This document shows, one piece after another, positions 51,736 through 64,000 of a stretch of 64,000 bases of DNA. Source of the DNA: Octopus sinensis. Lineage: Eukaryota. The notes beneath the pieces were generated by a model. It was not told where the DNA came from, searched no databases, and saw only the letters and a list, made by a program, of their open reading frames with translations. The stretch covers positions 42,780,001 to 42,844,000 of the forward strand of contig NC_043000.1 of the NCBI RefSeq assembly GCF_006345805.1, written 5' to 3'. Position numbers and translations under genes: made by a program. The stretch's first letter is position 1, and each line of letters opens with the position of its first letter.

Positions 51736-52900
51736 TAAGATGACACTTGTTTACTGACCATGCTCCAAGAACCCATCGGAGAGATCTTGCAGTTACAAGC
51801 AATACTGAGTTTCGTAGGTGTTCTTTTTCGTATCTTTACATTTGTACAAATCTTTTGGAACATCCAAGTTCACCACAACAATGTCAAATTTCCAATTGTC
51901 TGATCTGATTGTCATACTCAATCATTGCATCCCAAAGGATTTTGCAATCTTCATTCTCAGTAACTCCTTCTGGGATTTGGTCATACCACGTCTTTGTTCT
52001 TTGTAGACCATGATTTCCACAGACCTCCTAGTGGATCATTCGTTCCATATTGTCATATCGTCTTTTGTAGTCACCTTGTGCCAATTTCGGGCGTTCCCTA
52101 ATAATGTACCGTACTGTTTCACCTCTCCCAACACATTCTGCATTTGTCGCTCTCACTTGTGTTGACAATACTGCACTTCACATAGCTCATCTTCAATGGT
52201 TGTACTTGTGCCGCGCATATTAGTGCTTCTGTCTCTATCTTCAAGTCACACTTCCGTATCCATAACAGCCGGTCTTTTGTATCTTTCTTGGCGCTCGCAT
52301 CTCTTGCGAACTAACCGTACATATTTTTTCTTTGCATACTATTTCTTTTTTTGGTTGTGTTCACACGTTTCGGGTGACGAGAGAGCAGAAGCGTTAAAGC
52401 GTTGGGAAAAATCTCTTCTCGCATCTCTTCTTGCTCTTTCCATTCTGACGTCAGTTGCCTCGCATTTTTTGTTACTAGGTCTAGACTTTAGCTGATTGAA
52501 GTCTAAGCCTATAATTGTTAGAATTGTGTTGCTTTGAAAATACAGCATTCGTTATCTTTTTTATTATAGTCTACAAGGCCATGTTTGCGATCTTTTTACT
52601 GAATTAGTTAAAATTGTGTCTACCTTCTCAATAATCTCCTTCCATCAACTCTTCTAAGGATTTACAGTCGTTACCTGTCAAATATAATCTGAACTATGTG
52701 ACTTTTTTGAAATGGAATTTTTCTGTATTATATTTTAAAGTATTCAACTCTGTAATGATCCAGTCCAGTACCATAGACTTAAAAGTTTTAGCAGACACAG
52801 GATATGAGCTGATAGCACAGATCTTATTCAAGATACTGAGGTGAATTCTTCTATTGTCATTTGGGCATTTTCCAAATGTAGATTTCATTATAATGTGTGT
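51736..52900 (-). mobile_element. Dong/R4-clade (REL endonuclease) non-LTR retrotransposon, decayed 3' half
   Basis: Decayed motifs LDWIITEL, RL*ILRRVDGRRLL (RLYxPRxxGGRGL), WIRKCDLKIETEALICAAQ, KCRMC, PKLAQGDYKRRYDN, WYDQIPEGVTENEDCKILWD, VLLVTARSLRWVL; 3' end abuts (TAA)n. Confidence 0.85.
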
Positions 52901-53395
52901 AGAAAGCAGAATTGTCCGATCCTGTCGGTCTGCTATTGCATAGCAGATTTTATGATTGCAAGATTACTGACAAAGTCTGTGCTCTTTGGTAAAACGCTCA
53001 ACTTCAAGTTCCACTAGAAGAGACATGTGAGGCTAACGAGGGCGCGGAAGATTTTGTTTACTTAATTTGGTGACATACACGAGTGAGTGACATCAACAGT
53101 GTATAAATGGGTCATAAACTCAGCGTTCAGCTATAAACCGTAGAGCATTTTCCATAACATTGTTTTGTGTTATGCCTGTTATTTTACATATTCAATGGAA
53201 ATTTCCTATATATATATATATATATATATATACTGATAGGGCACAGAAAGTGTGTTAATAGCCAGCTGTTCTCCTGGGGCTACAAGCTACAGTAGCATCC
53301 ACCCTTAAGGGTTAGCCACACACACACACACTCACACACACACATATATATACATATATATGTGCGTGTGTGTGTATGTATGTATGTATGCATGT

Positions 53396-53825
53396 AAGGT
53401 GATGAGATGGCAAAATTGTTAGCACAACGGACAAAATGCTTAGCGGCTTTTCGTCTGCTTTTACGCTCTGATTTTATTTTCTACAGGGATCGACTTTGCC
53501 TGTCATCCTTTTCGAGAGTCGATAAAATAAGTACCTGCTGAGCACTTGGACCAACGTATTCGACTGTCTCCCTCCCCTAAAACTTCAGGCCTTCTACCTA
53601 TTGTAGATAGGATTATAAGTAAATGTATATTTAACACGCAAGACATTATACTTTGCAGCATTTCTCCCGGCTTTGTGTTCTGAGTCCAAATTCCGTCGAG
53701 GTCGACTTAACCTTTTATCGTTTTTAGAGTTCGATAAAATAAGTACCAGTTGAGCACTCGGTAGATATATTTGACTAGCTTCTCCCGCAAAATTTCAGGT
53801 CCTGTACCTATAATAGGCAGAATTA
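53396..53825 (+). mobile_element. Two diverged family A SINEs in tandem
   Basis: TCGACTTTGCCTGTCATCC...GTCGATAAAATAAGTACC and AAATTCCGTCGAGGTCGAC...CGATAAAATAAGTACCAG. Confidence 0.8.
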
Positions 53826-54612
53826 TTAGTAAATATATTGTCACTGTCACAAAATTATTTATTGAGTTACTAGTCATGATCATGTTGAGATTACTGTTCT
53901 GGTTAATAATGTTATCGAAGTTAATGCTATAAACAGTTGTGCAGTTCTCTAGAAACATAATTAATTATCAATTGAGATTTATCAATTGTGAAAATATGAG
54001 AAAAAAGCTACAATCTGGGGAAAGATGACGCCGAAATATCATTGAAATGTACATAAGAAGAATAATTAAAATAACTACAGATAGAAAGAGATAATAATGA
54101 ATGAAAAAATAACTAATGTAAATTATAAAGGCATAACAAATTGAAAATAGTTAAATAATCATCATGGCAAATATTGCGTAAGAAAACACAGACAAAAGAA
54201 TTCGAACTAAGCAGCGAGGAGTAATCATGTTTCGATAATTGATTAGTGAACGGTTATGTGTGCGCGTGCGCGAGCGATGTGTGTGTGTGTGTGTGTACGG
54301 CAATGACTGGTCTACCAGAGAACCGAGACCTCCCCTGGTAAATAGATACGCTAGTATGGTATATAAAGTGAGAAATGTATACCTTTTATCCAATAGGTTT
54401 TACGAGGAACATCGCCTGCCTTATCAGATTTACATACACAACACACACATTCACAAACACACTTATATGTGCTCTCAAAAACATTCTCACATGTATGTAA
54501 AGTTGCTTACAGATATACATACATTCATACATATCTCTCTCTTTCTCTCTCTATACATATACATATATATATATGCGTATATACATTATATATATGTGTA
54601 TACATATATATA

Positions 54613-54662
<50 letters not shown>

Positions 54663-54725
54663 ATACATATTTATATATTCATATATACATGCGTATACAT
54701 CGATATGTACATTTATATATGCATC

Positions 54726-54780
<55 letters not shown>

Positions 54781-54789
54781 GTATGTATT

Positions 54790-55440
54790 TATGCGGTTGT
54801 TCATTGCTTAATGCGATCAATTGTTCCCGGAATGCTCCCGCATATATCTGCGTTAATCAAATTTAATAATCAATGAGAATAATTATAATTAATCTTATAC
54901 AAAAAAAATGGAAAACAGTTTGTAATTACGGTAAATCATTTATTTTTTCGTTAAAGTTTTATAAGTGCCAATTGAACAGTTTTTAATATTTTTGTTTCCC
55001 TTCATGCATTTTGCAATAACAAGCAATTTGTTTATCTAAACATCGGCAAACGAACATACTTCTGGCGACATTCGGATCAATAGTCATTAATCGTTGTTTG
55101 GCCGATTCTATATCCCGGAAAAAAATTCATCAAGTTCCTTCATTGTTATTTCCTTTGAGTCGTTTCCCGTTTCTTCACATTTTATTTCGTTCTCTCCTTT
55201 TTTCTTTTCCTGCTTTGGTTCATATGCCGTTGTGCTCGATTTCAATGAGATCATCGTGTTTTGATTGTGAAGCCAATAATTTACGAATATTTCCTGGATA
55301 AACATGATTGAAGACAAGATCTCTTCCAATAGTAGCAATTTCATCATTGACTTCGTTTATTAGAGTTTTGAAGGCACTAAAATAATAAGCACATTCAGAC
55401 AAAAAGTTCTCTCAGACTACTCTCATACAGCCGATTCACA
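54790..55440 (-). mobile_element. Tigger-like transposon 3' fragment
   Basis: SECAYYFSAF...DEIATIGRDLVF...IRKLLASQ...EITMKELDEFF...IDPNVARS resembles the Tigger1-type C-terminus; decayed TIR-like end near 54792. Confidence 0.6.
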
Positions 55441-56920
55441 GATTTAAAAAATTGTGATTATTTTAAGAGTTTGTTAATGTTTAAATTGTTTCAAATATTT
55501 TTGAAAACCTATAGTTACTTCTTCAATTGTAACTTAAATGCCTGCGAGAAAGTTTATTGTGTATAAAAGGATTTAAATGTAGTTATTGTTCCTGGTGAAT
55601 AACTATAAAAGCGTTTTGTATCTGGTGATAAAAGAATATAACCAGCAAATTAATACAAAAATTAAATGGGCTTGGATGGGCAGAAGATATTATCATCATT
55701 CGAAAATACCTTCACAAATATACCATATTTTAGCAATAACTTTAAACTTACGAATAAAACTTAGACATGAATCAATCTCCAAATACATTATATTGGTCAA
55801 CCTGGAATTTTATTTTATTACTAAATAATGACAAGGAATGACTGTTTGCTACATTATTTTGGACACATTTGTTTCGTCATTTGATTCAAAAGACATTGAC
55901 TCTAACTTGAAGAACTTTTCAGTACTACATCCAAATAAAAGTATTTTTACAATCCATTGACAATTTGTAACAAGACTTAGGTATTTTAATTTTTTTACCC
56001 CAAATTTCTTTGTGTTAAGATAGAAAGGTTATCTGAAATATATTCTTTGATTATTTTCTTTAAATAAATAGAGCCTCTATCTGCAGCATCAATTACATTT
56101 GAATTACCAGTTTTTTTATTCTATGTGTTTTTTATTTATCTATTTCTATTTGAATTCTGGTATTTTCAAAAATACGCTAGCAAAATGTTAGTCACACCTT
56201 GTTATTTATTCAGACGATGAAAAAACGCTACAAGCTCCGATTATAATATCCTTACTGCTAAATGAAATTTGCTGCCGTTTGTAGTTATTTGAGAAAAGCA
56301 TTTATAGTTATTCTATTCAATCCATTCTCGGATGCGAGTTTTGGTACATTGCTGACTTTACAATACAGGCTCCATTTAGCTTTATAAGATTTGTCCAAAA
56401 TACTATGTATCCTTTGTTTAATTTAACTATAGCCCTCTCCTAAACTTCTTTTTGATATTACCGTGATAAAATATGTTAATAACTTTAATAATAATGACTA
56501 AAGTAATATTTCTTTGGCTTTCTGCTGTTGTGCTATTTTTTGTAGACATGGTTAATTGCAGGGGAATGTTTTTAATTTAAAATGCAGGTGGTAACTATAT
56601 AGAAAATGTACATGTCCATTAGCACTAGTACAATTGAAACACTGAAGTACAGTAACGGAGGTGAGATGAAGGGCGTTTACATTCGGTCAAGCTCAACTTC
56701 TTGAGTGCTATTTTCAAAGGCTGATAATCAAATTTTATTTGAAATTCAGTGCGTGGCTACAAAAATGAAAATTAGGATGGTTGAATTGCGTTAATGAAAA
56801 CGGGTTCAAGAAAATTATGGCTATATATTGATGTGTAAATATGTCTAAATTAATACGTACACACGCCACTGGTCACTGGGTTATTTATCGCGGCACCTTT
56901 TCGTGTTACTTATGGAAATC

Positions 56921-56978
56921 ATCCAAGGCTGTAAATGTTCATTAATCTTCATGTAAATCCAAGGCTGTAAATGTTCAT
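56921..56978. repeat. 22-bp direct repeat ATCCAAGGCTGTAAATGTTCAT
   Basis: Copies at 56921-56942 and 56957-56978. Confidence 0.9.
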
Positions 56979-57126
56979 GGAGTTGATGACAAAGTAAGCC
57001 TGCCTTTTTGTTAATGGTATGCGAATTTCAAATAATTGTCGGTTCATTGAGATTATATCCCTTTATTCAGAATCAATAGCAGTTCATTTGGTGGCAGCCC
57101 GAGCATTTTATTATATAGATAGATAG

Positions 57127-57183
<57 letters not shown>

Positions 57184-57226
57184 TAGATATACCGATATAT
57201 TTATATATACTTATATATATATATAT

Positions 57227-57424
57227 GTAACCACGTGGGTATCGTTGGCGATTTTCTTCCTCCGTCTTCCCTTCTTTTGGCCATGCCTCTATTTCTGAAG
57301 AAGAGCTTTGCTCGAAACGTAAAATCCTCTTTCTTTCCTTTCCTGAACGTCTGATAATGCAGTACTTGTACCACGTCCTTGCGTTGTTGTTTTTCTTTGT
57401 TTGTTCTTCCTTGTTTGCATTCAC
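57227..57424 (+). mobile_element. ~200-bp hammerhead-containing element embedded in (TA)n
   Basis: Sharp (TA)n boundaries; homologous to the reverse complement of 41629-41837. Confidence 0.75.
57291..57325 (+). ncRNA. Minimal type I hammerhead ribozyme motif, canonical core, GUA triplet
   Basis: ATTT-CTGAAGA-A-GAGC-TTT-GCTC-GAAA-CGTA-AAAT; stem I ATTT/AAAT, stem II GAGC/GCTC, loopless ACGT palindrome as stem III. Confidence 0.75.
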
Positions 57425-57532
57425 TATATATATATATATACACATACATAAATAGATTTATATATACTTATATACATGTATCTATGATTATACATGTATA
57501 CATATAGATATGTGTGTGTGTTAGACAGAGAA

Positions 57533-57570
<38 letters not shown>

Positions 57571-58203
57571 AGAGAGAGAGCGTGTGTATGTGTATATGAG
57601 TGTATTTGGCGCTTATATTTCACTGCTTTCGGACCACCTATCACCTGATGATATACAGCTTAGAGATACAACATACATTCAATCTTGCGGTCATACTAAA
57701 TAGTTTAATAAAACACATTCTTTGAAACTACATCAGTGTACTGTCCGTGAAACTATATTCTCACACCCAGGAAACGAAAGCGTTGCTTGGAATGTAAGAT
57801 TCGCTGGGAATATCCATTTTCCTTTCCGTCTATTGGCACTGTAATGCCAGATATAATGTAAGGAATAAACAACATCGTTATATTCTCGTCTTTCAAACAT
57901 TGACTTAGACATCACTTTTTTTTTCTTTTCCTACTATTAAGTTAAAATCCATTCCGTTTTAGAGCTGATTGTAGACTTGTAGTCGTATTGAAGTAAATTG
58001 CAGTGACAGTAATGAGAGGAGCTAAAGAATCTTGTCCTTTCCGATAAACAAATTTCTATAATTACAGATCGATTCATTTTCAATACTATTTTTTGTTTGA
58101 ATTACTTGTTACACTTTTATTGGGAAACAAAGAAATAAATAAGAAAAAAAAACACATATTTCTAAGAATGTTTCTCTATTTGCAAAACATGCTTATTAAT
58201 CTA

Positions 58204-58248
<45 letters not shown>

Positions 58249-58465
58249 CTCTCACTCTCTCTTCGGGACGCAAACACACACACGCACGCACACACACTCA
58301 TACGCATGCAAGCACACACACAAACAAACACAAACTCATATATGTATGTATATTACATAGATATATATATACACACACACTATGTAATATACATATAAGA
58401 TATAGATATATATGAACACATATATCTATATATATATTTGAATATATATTTTTATATGTATCTAC

Positions 58466-58497
<32 letters not shown>

Positions 58498-58526
58498 CTA
58501 TATATGTGTATGTGTGTCTGTATGTA

Positions 58527-58581
<55 letters not shown>

Positions 58582-59635
58582 AAGTAGGTTTTTCGTAAGT
58601 GTCCACCATAGAGTAGGGTTGAACCACAAAGTACACAGCTGCGAAGCGAACGTCTTTCCCATACGGATACAGCTGTGACTAGAACTATGTATGTATGTAT
58701 GTATGTACGTACGTGCGTATGTATGTATGTATGAATGTATGTATGTGTGTGTGTACATGTATGTATGTGTGCGTGTATATCTGCATGTATATCATGAACC
58801 TTCCATTTGATATCTTTATACTTAGCTATGTAAATGTCTATATGTCTGATAGAGTGACTGGTTATTTCTCTCAATCGATTACCGTTTCCATTTAACTATA
58901 TATTTGCTGTCTCTCCTTCTATCGACGACTAAAATAACAAAACATACACACAAAAGAGAAACCTATGATCTTTAAAACACTAAAAATCATCAATCAAACT
59001 ACTACACGTCGCCATGTCACAGTACTAAATAAATAAGCATTCTCCAAATAAAGTACCTCAAGCGTTGGGAACACTTCCTTGAAGTGAAAACAAAACAAAA
59101 AAACATCTTCCATGCGATTTGATTGAACGAGAACAACAATGTCTATTGCATCATGCCAGTCGCCGTTGCTGCCTTAATGTCCAGAGACCTGGAGCTATTC
59201 AGGAAGACATTTTGCAGTCGTTGAATCTAATATAGTAGCAACTAAATTCATTCCAATCGCTCCTTGCATATTTTATATAAGCAAAAACGATGAACTCTTC
59301 GGATAATAGTCTTATATATATATATAATAGAACCATTACGGATGGAATAAACTTTGAACCCGACTAATCAGTCAGGGTTAAACTTTGATAAAGAACAGCT
59401 GTGACCCCATAATAAAACTTTCGTGATACACGCATAGGATAATCTAGCATATGTAAATGGTCGTAAAGCATGATAGTGTGTTGGATAGGTAGTGGATAGG
59501 GTGTTCTTCTCATGGTCACGGTGGGTTCAATTTCTAGTCCAGGAAACGCATTAAGTCCTTTAGCAAACATTCAATTCACGTTACTCAAGTTTACTCAGCT
59601 GTTACTGAATACCAACCGAATGCAGAAAGTAGCTC

Positions 59636-60925
59636 CCTCCCTCAGTCTGTCCATCTGTCCTTCTGCCTCTGTCTTAATATCACCCGCTAACTGTACTGCT
59701 GAATGTGGTAGGTAGAACCGATGCAGTATCTGTCTTATAGCAACTACAAAAGCATCGTAAAAAACAATTAATGGACGACTGTTATATTTTAAGAAGCAAT
59801 ACATGCTGGTGAGTTAAGGCTATCTGTATTTGTACTCACAACAATTTTGCTTCTCAGTCGGAATATCTGGGGTTCGATCAAACAGCATCTCGGACAATTG
59901 ATGTTTAGTCGTGTAAAACTGGGCAGATAGAAACTGCTTTAAAGTCTGTAGAATGTTTTTGCCTGTTATTTGAAAGGCCACCCGTGTCACATACACATCA
60001 TCCTCTATTTTTTTCTTCATTTCATTTCATTTCATTTCATTTGGGTTTGAGTCCATGCTCAGGCCAAGTCGAAGACTCCACCCTCAGAGTCTGGTGTGGT
60101 TGCCAGGTTGTATTCTCTGCTTAAATTTGACATGTGTAGGAGCGAGTTTGAGTCAGTTTGTGCTCGTTGTGTATATCCTGGGAGATGGGGTTCATCTCTA
60201 ATGGTGCTTAAGTATCTTTCAAGCTTTCTCAAACATCTCTACATTTATTTGAGAATTTAAACTAAAAGTTTTTTGTATGCGGCATTTTGTTCATCTGCAT
60301 TTAACTTAATTATATGATTTCATGGTAAGTTTCTCCAGATCATTTAATATTGCTTTACTGAAGTGTTGTGGAAGGATTCCGATCTCTGCCCAAGTGACTA
60401 AAGCTGGATTGACTTATTGTTATAAATTAAAGAACTGTGAGCAATCGGGAGATCGTGTTTGTAGCAGTTCACTGTGAGCCTTTGATATTGAGTGTTGGGT
60501 CTCGTGTAATAGAAAATGATAGTGCGTCATGTATATACTTTATTTTCCCCTGCTTCGTTATATTATATATCCAATACAAGGATATAAAGTAAAGAATAAA
60601 AACAAATATAGCACACATTCAAGAAAAATTCAATGATATACATACATGCAAATTAAGGATTTTTAACATCGATTAAAGGGTGATAATATCAATTTCGATA
60701 CTTGAAATATAATTTCAGGTTAAGGTACTGTAATCCCAATTATAAATTCACAGGATCTGTTCGTGTTTTAGTTCGAGGCTCTTCATTTTGTATTATTCCA
60801 CTTCATTCTTCAAAAAGTGAGTACCAGTTGCAGCTGACACATATATGTGTAATTGTTAAAGGCAGTACAGTTAGCGGGTGATATTAAGACAGAGGCAGAA
60901 GGACAGATGGACAGACTGAGGGAGG
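59636..60925. repeat. Perfect 64-bp inverted repeat (59636-59699 / 60862-60925)
   Basis: CCTCCCTCAGTCTGTCCATCTGTCCTTCTGCCTCTGTCTTAATATCACCCGCTAACTGTACTGC and its exact reverse complement. Confidence 0.95.
60018..60830 (-). mobile_element. Old CR1-like LINE 3' fragment with (GAAAT)n tail
   Basis: Minus strand YLSTIRDEPHLPGYTQRAQTDSNSL matches the CR1-group FLxxIPDEP...SNSL terminus; CATTT repeats at 60018-60042. Confidence 0.7.
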
Positions 60926-62699
60926 AACACATGAAATAAACAGATGTAGATAAAATCCGCAAGAAGTTTTGTGCATTCCTCTCCAAATCTTACAGTCTAT
61001 TACCTTGGTGCACGTGAGCAAACACAGACACAAGCGCGCACACACACACACACACATGCACAGTCACATAAAAAATAATAACTACGGAAAAGTTACGACG
61101 CAAAAGATTTTGTTCTATGCTATTGTTTAAACAAAACAAAGGCATCTATCTCACACAACTACTTGGTAAATTTTATCATGGTATCTAGGTAAATTACTCG
61201 TATTTTACAACTGTTGTCGCAGACGTCTTGGGAAGATTTAATGGCGAATAAACTTGACAGCGGAAACTGGCAGATTCTATTTCGTTTTATTATCCTCATC
61301 TTTTGCTTGGCGACTGGGTATCGGCAAAATTGTTACTGCTCTTAATTTTGACTCTCCAAAAGTTACTGCAGTATTTGATACACAATTAGTTTTACAAATA
61401 TATGTATCATTTATACATATATATGAAGGTGCGCTCGTACACACACATAGAGAAACATTTATATATCATACTTAATGTTACTACATCGTTGAAGGCAAAA
61501 TTATGGTGATATAAGTCCAGAGATAACTTCTCTCATGGACGTAATGTATTAAAAAATATCTATATAATTTTAGGAGATAAAAGTTATCCCAACAGCGGTT
61601 AGTGAGAACATTAGATTTATTTCGGCCTCGTTGTGACTTGTCAATGGCTTCTAGTCACAGCGAATCCGCTTGCACAGCTTAAACGAGTTTTGTTGCATTC
61701 GTTATATAGGAAGTGGTTGAAAAACCATTCACGGGTATTACGAATGACCATCTATGCGTCATGTTTAATGCAAATAAATGGATGAAAAATATATTTACTG
61801 CAGTATTCGTCTAGAGGAATATCTCTTAAGGACGTGTTTTGTTTAAAATCACAAAATATATCGGAGGAAGGCTATTTTAATTTACTAAGTTTTACTTATA
61901 ACTGTCCTTTATTCAAATAAGTGTTTATTCGCAATACTAGTGAATGGTCTTCACAGTTTACTTGTATATCAGAGGTGATAACCTTCATCTAAGCCTGTGC
62001 CTGACTGTGAGTAATTACCATTGGACCGTGGCCGATATGATTCTAGTGTCCTTGTTAGCAACTGTTGGAATGATTTTCATCTCAATCCGATATATACTTT
62101 CTTCTTAAACTTAGCTCGCCCATAAAAGGTTTTATCTCCAGACGAATACAGCCGTAAATTTGCCTGTCAAAGATGCAATTACATTAAATACGATACAAGT
62201 TAATTAGTTTATCAATTCCGCTCGGCGGTTACTTGTAATACCAGTGAATGCTTTTCGCTGTTTTCCAGTATAACGGAGGCGACAAATTTTGTTGAAGCAT
62301 GTTGCTGACTATGACTACGCGTAACAGACAAAATTGAGAGGAGCTGCAATACGTCTGGTGTTGTCACTTGTTGCCACTGGAAAAAACTTTTCCCTATCGC
62401 TGATATATATCTATATTTCGCCATGATAGTGTCTTCTCGGTATTATGTACTTGAAACAATTCGAAACGAATGAATTGCTGGTCTGTGAAATATATCTAAA
62501 TAATGTGAAGTCTATTTGCTGGTGAACTGCGACATGACATGAAGATTAAATTACGGATTGAAACTAGCTCTAATAACGTATACATTATCGGTCGCACATA
62601 CATAATATATGTGTTCTGTGTATACGCGCATTTGCTGCGGTATATCAATATCTATCATTCTCAATCATCTCAAGGTGCAGAGTTTTATTATTGCCTATA

Positions 62700-62759
<60 letters not shown>

Positions 62760-63102
62760 CATACATATATATATATACATATATATATATACATATATAT
62801 ACATACACACACACATATATATATATATAATATATATATATATATACACATATACATATACATACATTCATACATACATACATACATACATACATACATA
62901 CATACATACATACATACATACATACATACACACATACATACATACTTATAGATGCATACAACCATATTTTGTTCCATTATAAATCAAAACTGTCCGAAAA
63001 ACGGGTACGTGAAACACTGAGTAATAGTTTTTGTGATGTCTTAGCAGCTTTTTTAATAAAGCATATTAATCTACTCTGTTACGCATTTATGCGCTTACTC
63101 TG

Positions 63103-63159
<57 letters not shown>

Positions 63160-63284
63160 TCGCTACGCGCGTTTCCAAAGATCGCATGACTCTAAAGATC
63201 ACGGTCCGTATTCCTGAGAGGATTACTGTATCGTCCGTAATATCCGTGGGTATGGCGTTGATCACCATTAATTTCTTCAAACGA
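63160..63284 (-). ncRNA. Possible hammerhead motif (U3 variant, very long stem II loop) next to (TA)n
   Basis: TCGT-TTGAAGA-[~98 nt]-GAAAC-GCGC-GTA-GCGA; palindromic GCGC loop, 4-bp stem I, weak stem II. Confidence 0.35.
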
Positions 63285-63435
63285 AATTATGGAATTAGAG
63301 CTTTATTTGCATATTCAAAACGTTTCCTATAAACACATTTAAAAGATAGACATGTGTGTGTGTATGCGCGCGTGTGTGTGTGTGCATGTTTGTGTGTATG
63401 CGTGTATGTGTGTGTGTGTATGTGTGTGTGTGTGT

Positions 63436-63487
<52 letters not shown>

Positions 63488-64000
63488 CAGGCTAGACATT
63501 CATTGAAGGATTGAGCTCCCAGGGAAAAAAAGAGTTCACTTAGAATCACGTTCTTTCATACTTCGGCGTCTGTTTGCACTGTTAAACAAAAATTAGGTTG
63601 TTCTTTAATTGTAGCGTTCAGTATAGTTAACGGTACTGCACGGAGCTCTATACTAAGATGTCTCCACTGCCCCTGACACCAAAACTGAAAAAGCGCTGTA
63701 TAATGTGTGTGACAGAATAAACCTAAGATATATGAGTCGCGCTTCTACGTTTAGGTAGATTTCACCGATTCTGCTTCACAATTGCGTTATGTTTACGATA
63801 AGACCGGATACAGTATGACATCGTTGGTCCATTTCAATGGTGGTTTTTCTGCGGAATACTCAACCATGTACACTATTTTTCATTAAGTAATTCACTTATC
63901 TGAACTATAGGAACGTTTATTGTAGAAGCCGTCGTTGATCAATTTACGTAATTTATTCTTTTTCGTTAACTGTGATACTTATTTTGTATGCATTTAGCGA

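Noticed and set aside
61980-62430. Possible minus-strand coding exon after TTTGACAG (~62163)
   Set aside because: All frames close within about 30 codons and no homology is recognisable; it may still be regulatory

Overview
AT-rich eukaryotic non-coding DNA, dense in microsatellites and decayed transposons. The SINE families and the (TA)n/(CA)n/(TAGA)n/(TACA)n landscape strongly suggest an octopus or other coleoid cephalopod genome (inference). I found no intact host protein-coding gene; most long ORFs are translated microsatellites. Recognisable fossils: pogo and Tigger DDE elements, a Chapaev3-like CMC element, rosa (DD41D), Tc1 and two maT (DD37D) elements, RTE, CR1 and Dong/R4 LINE fragments, a Helentron/DINE-like end and many tRNA-derived SINEs. 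Three things stand out. (1) About ten type I hammerhead-ribozyme-like motifs of the minimal/dimeric Penelope (PLE)/retrozyme kind occur in several sequence families: two divergent inverted pairs, two related ~200-bp elements embedded in (TA)n tracts, and one G3-C8 core-swapped variant. (2) A 166-bp non-repetitive tract (51238-51403) has 28 G and zero C on the + strand and lies between a SINE fold-back and telomere-like hexamers, suggesting strand-specific cytosine hypermutation. (3) A perfect 64-bp and a near-perfect 34-bp inverted repeat bracket older, decayed sequence. All calls were made by eye; boundaries of decayed elements are approximate.
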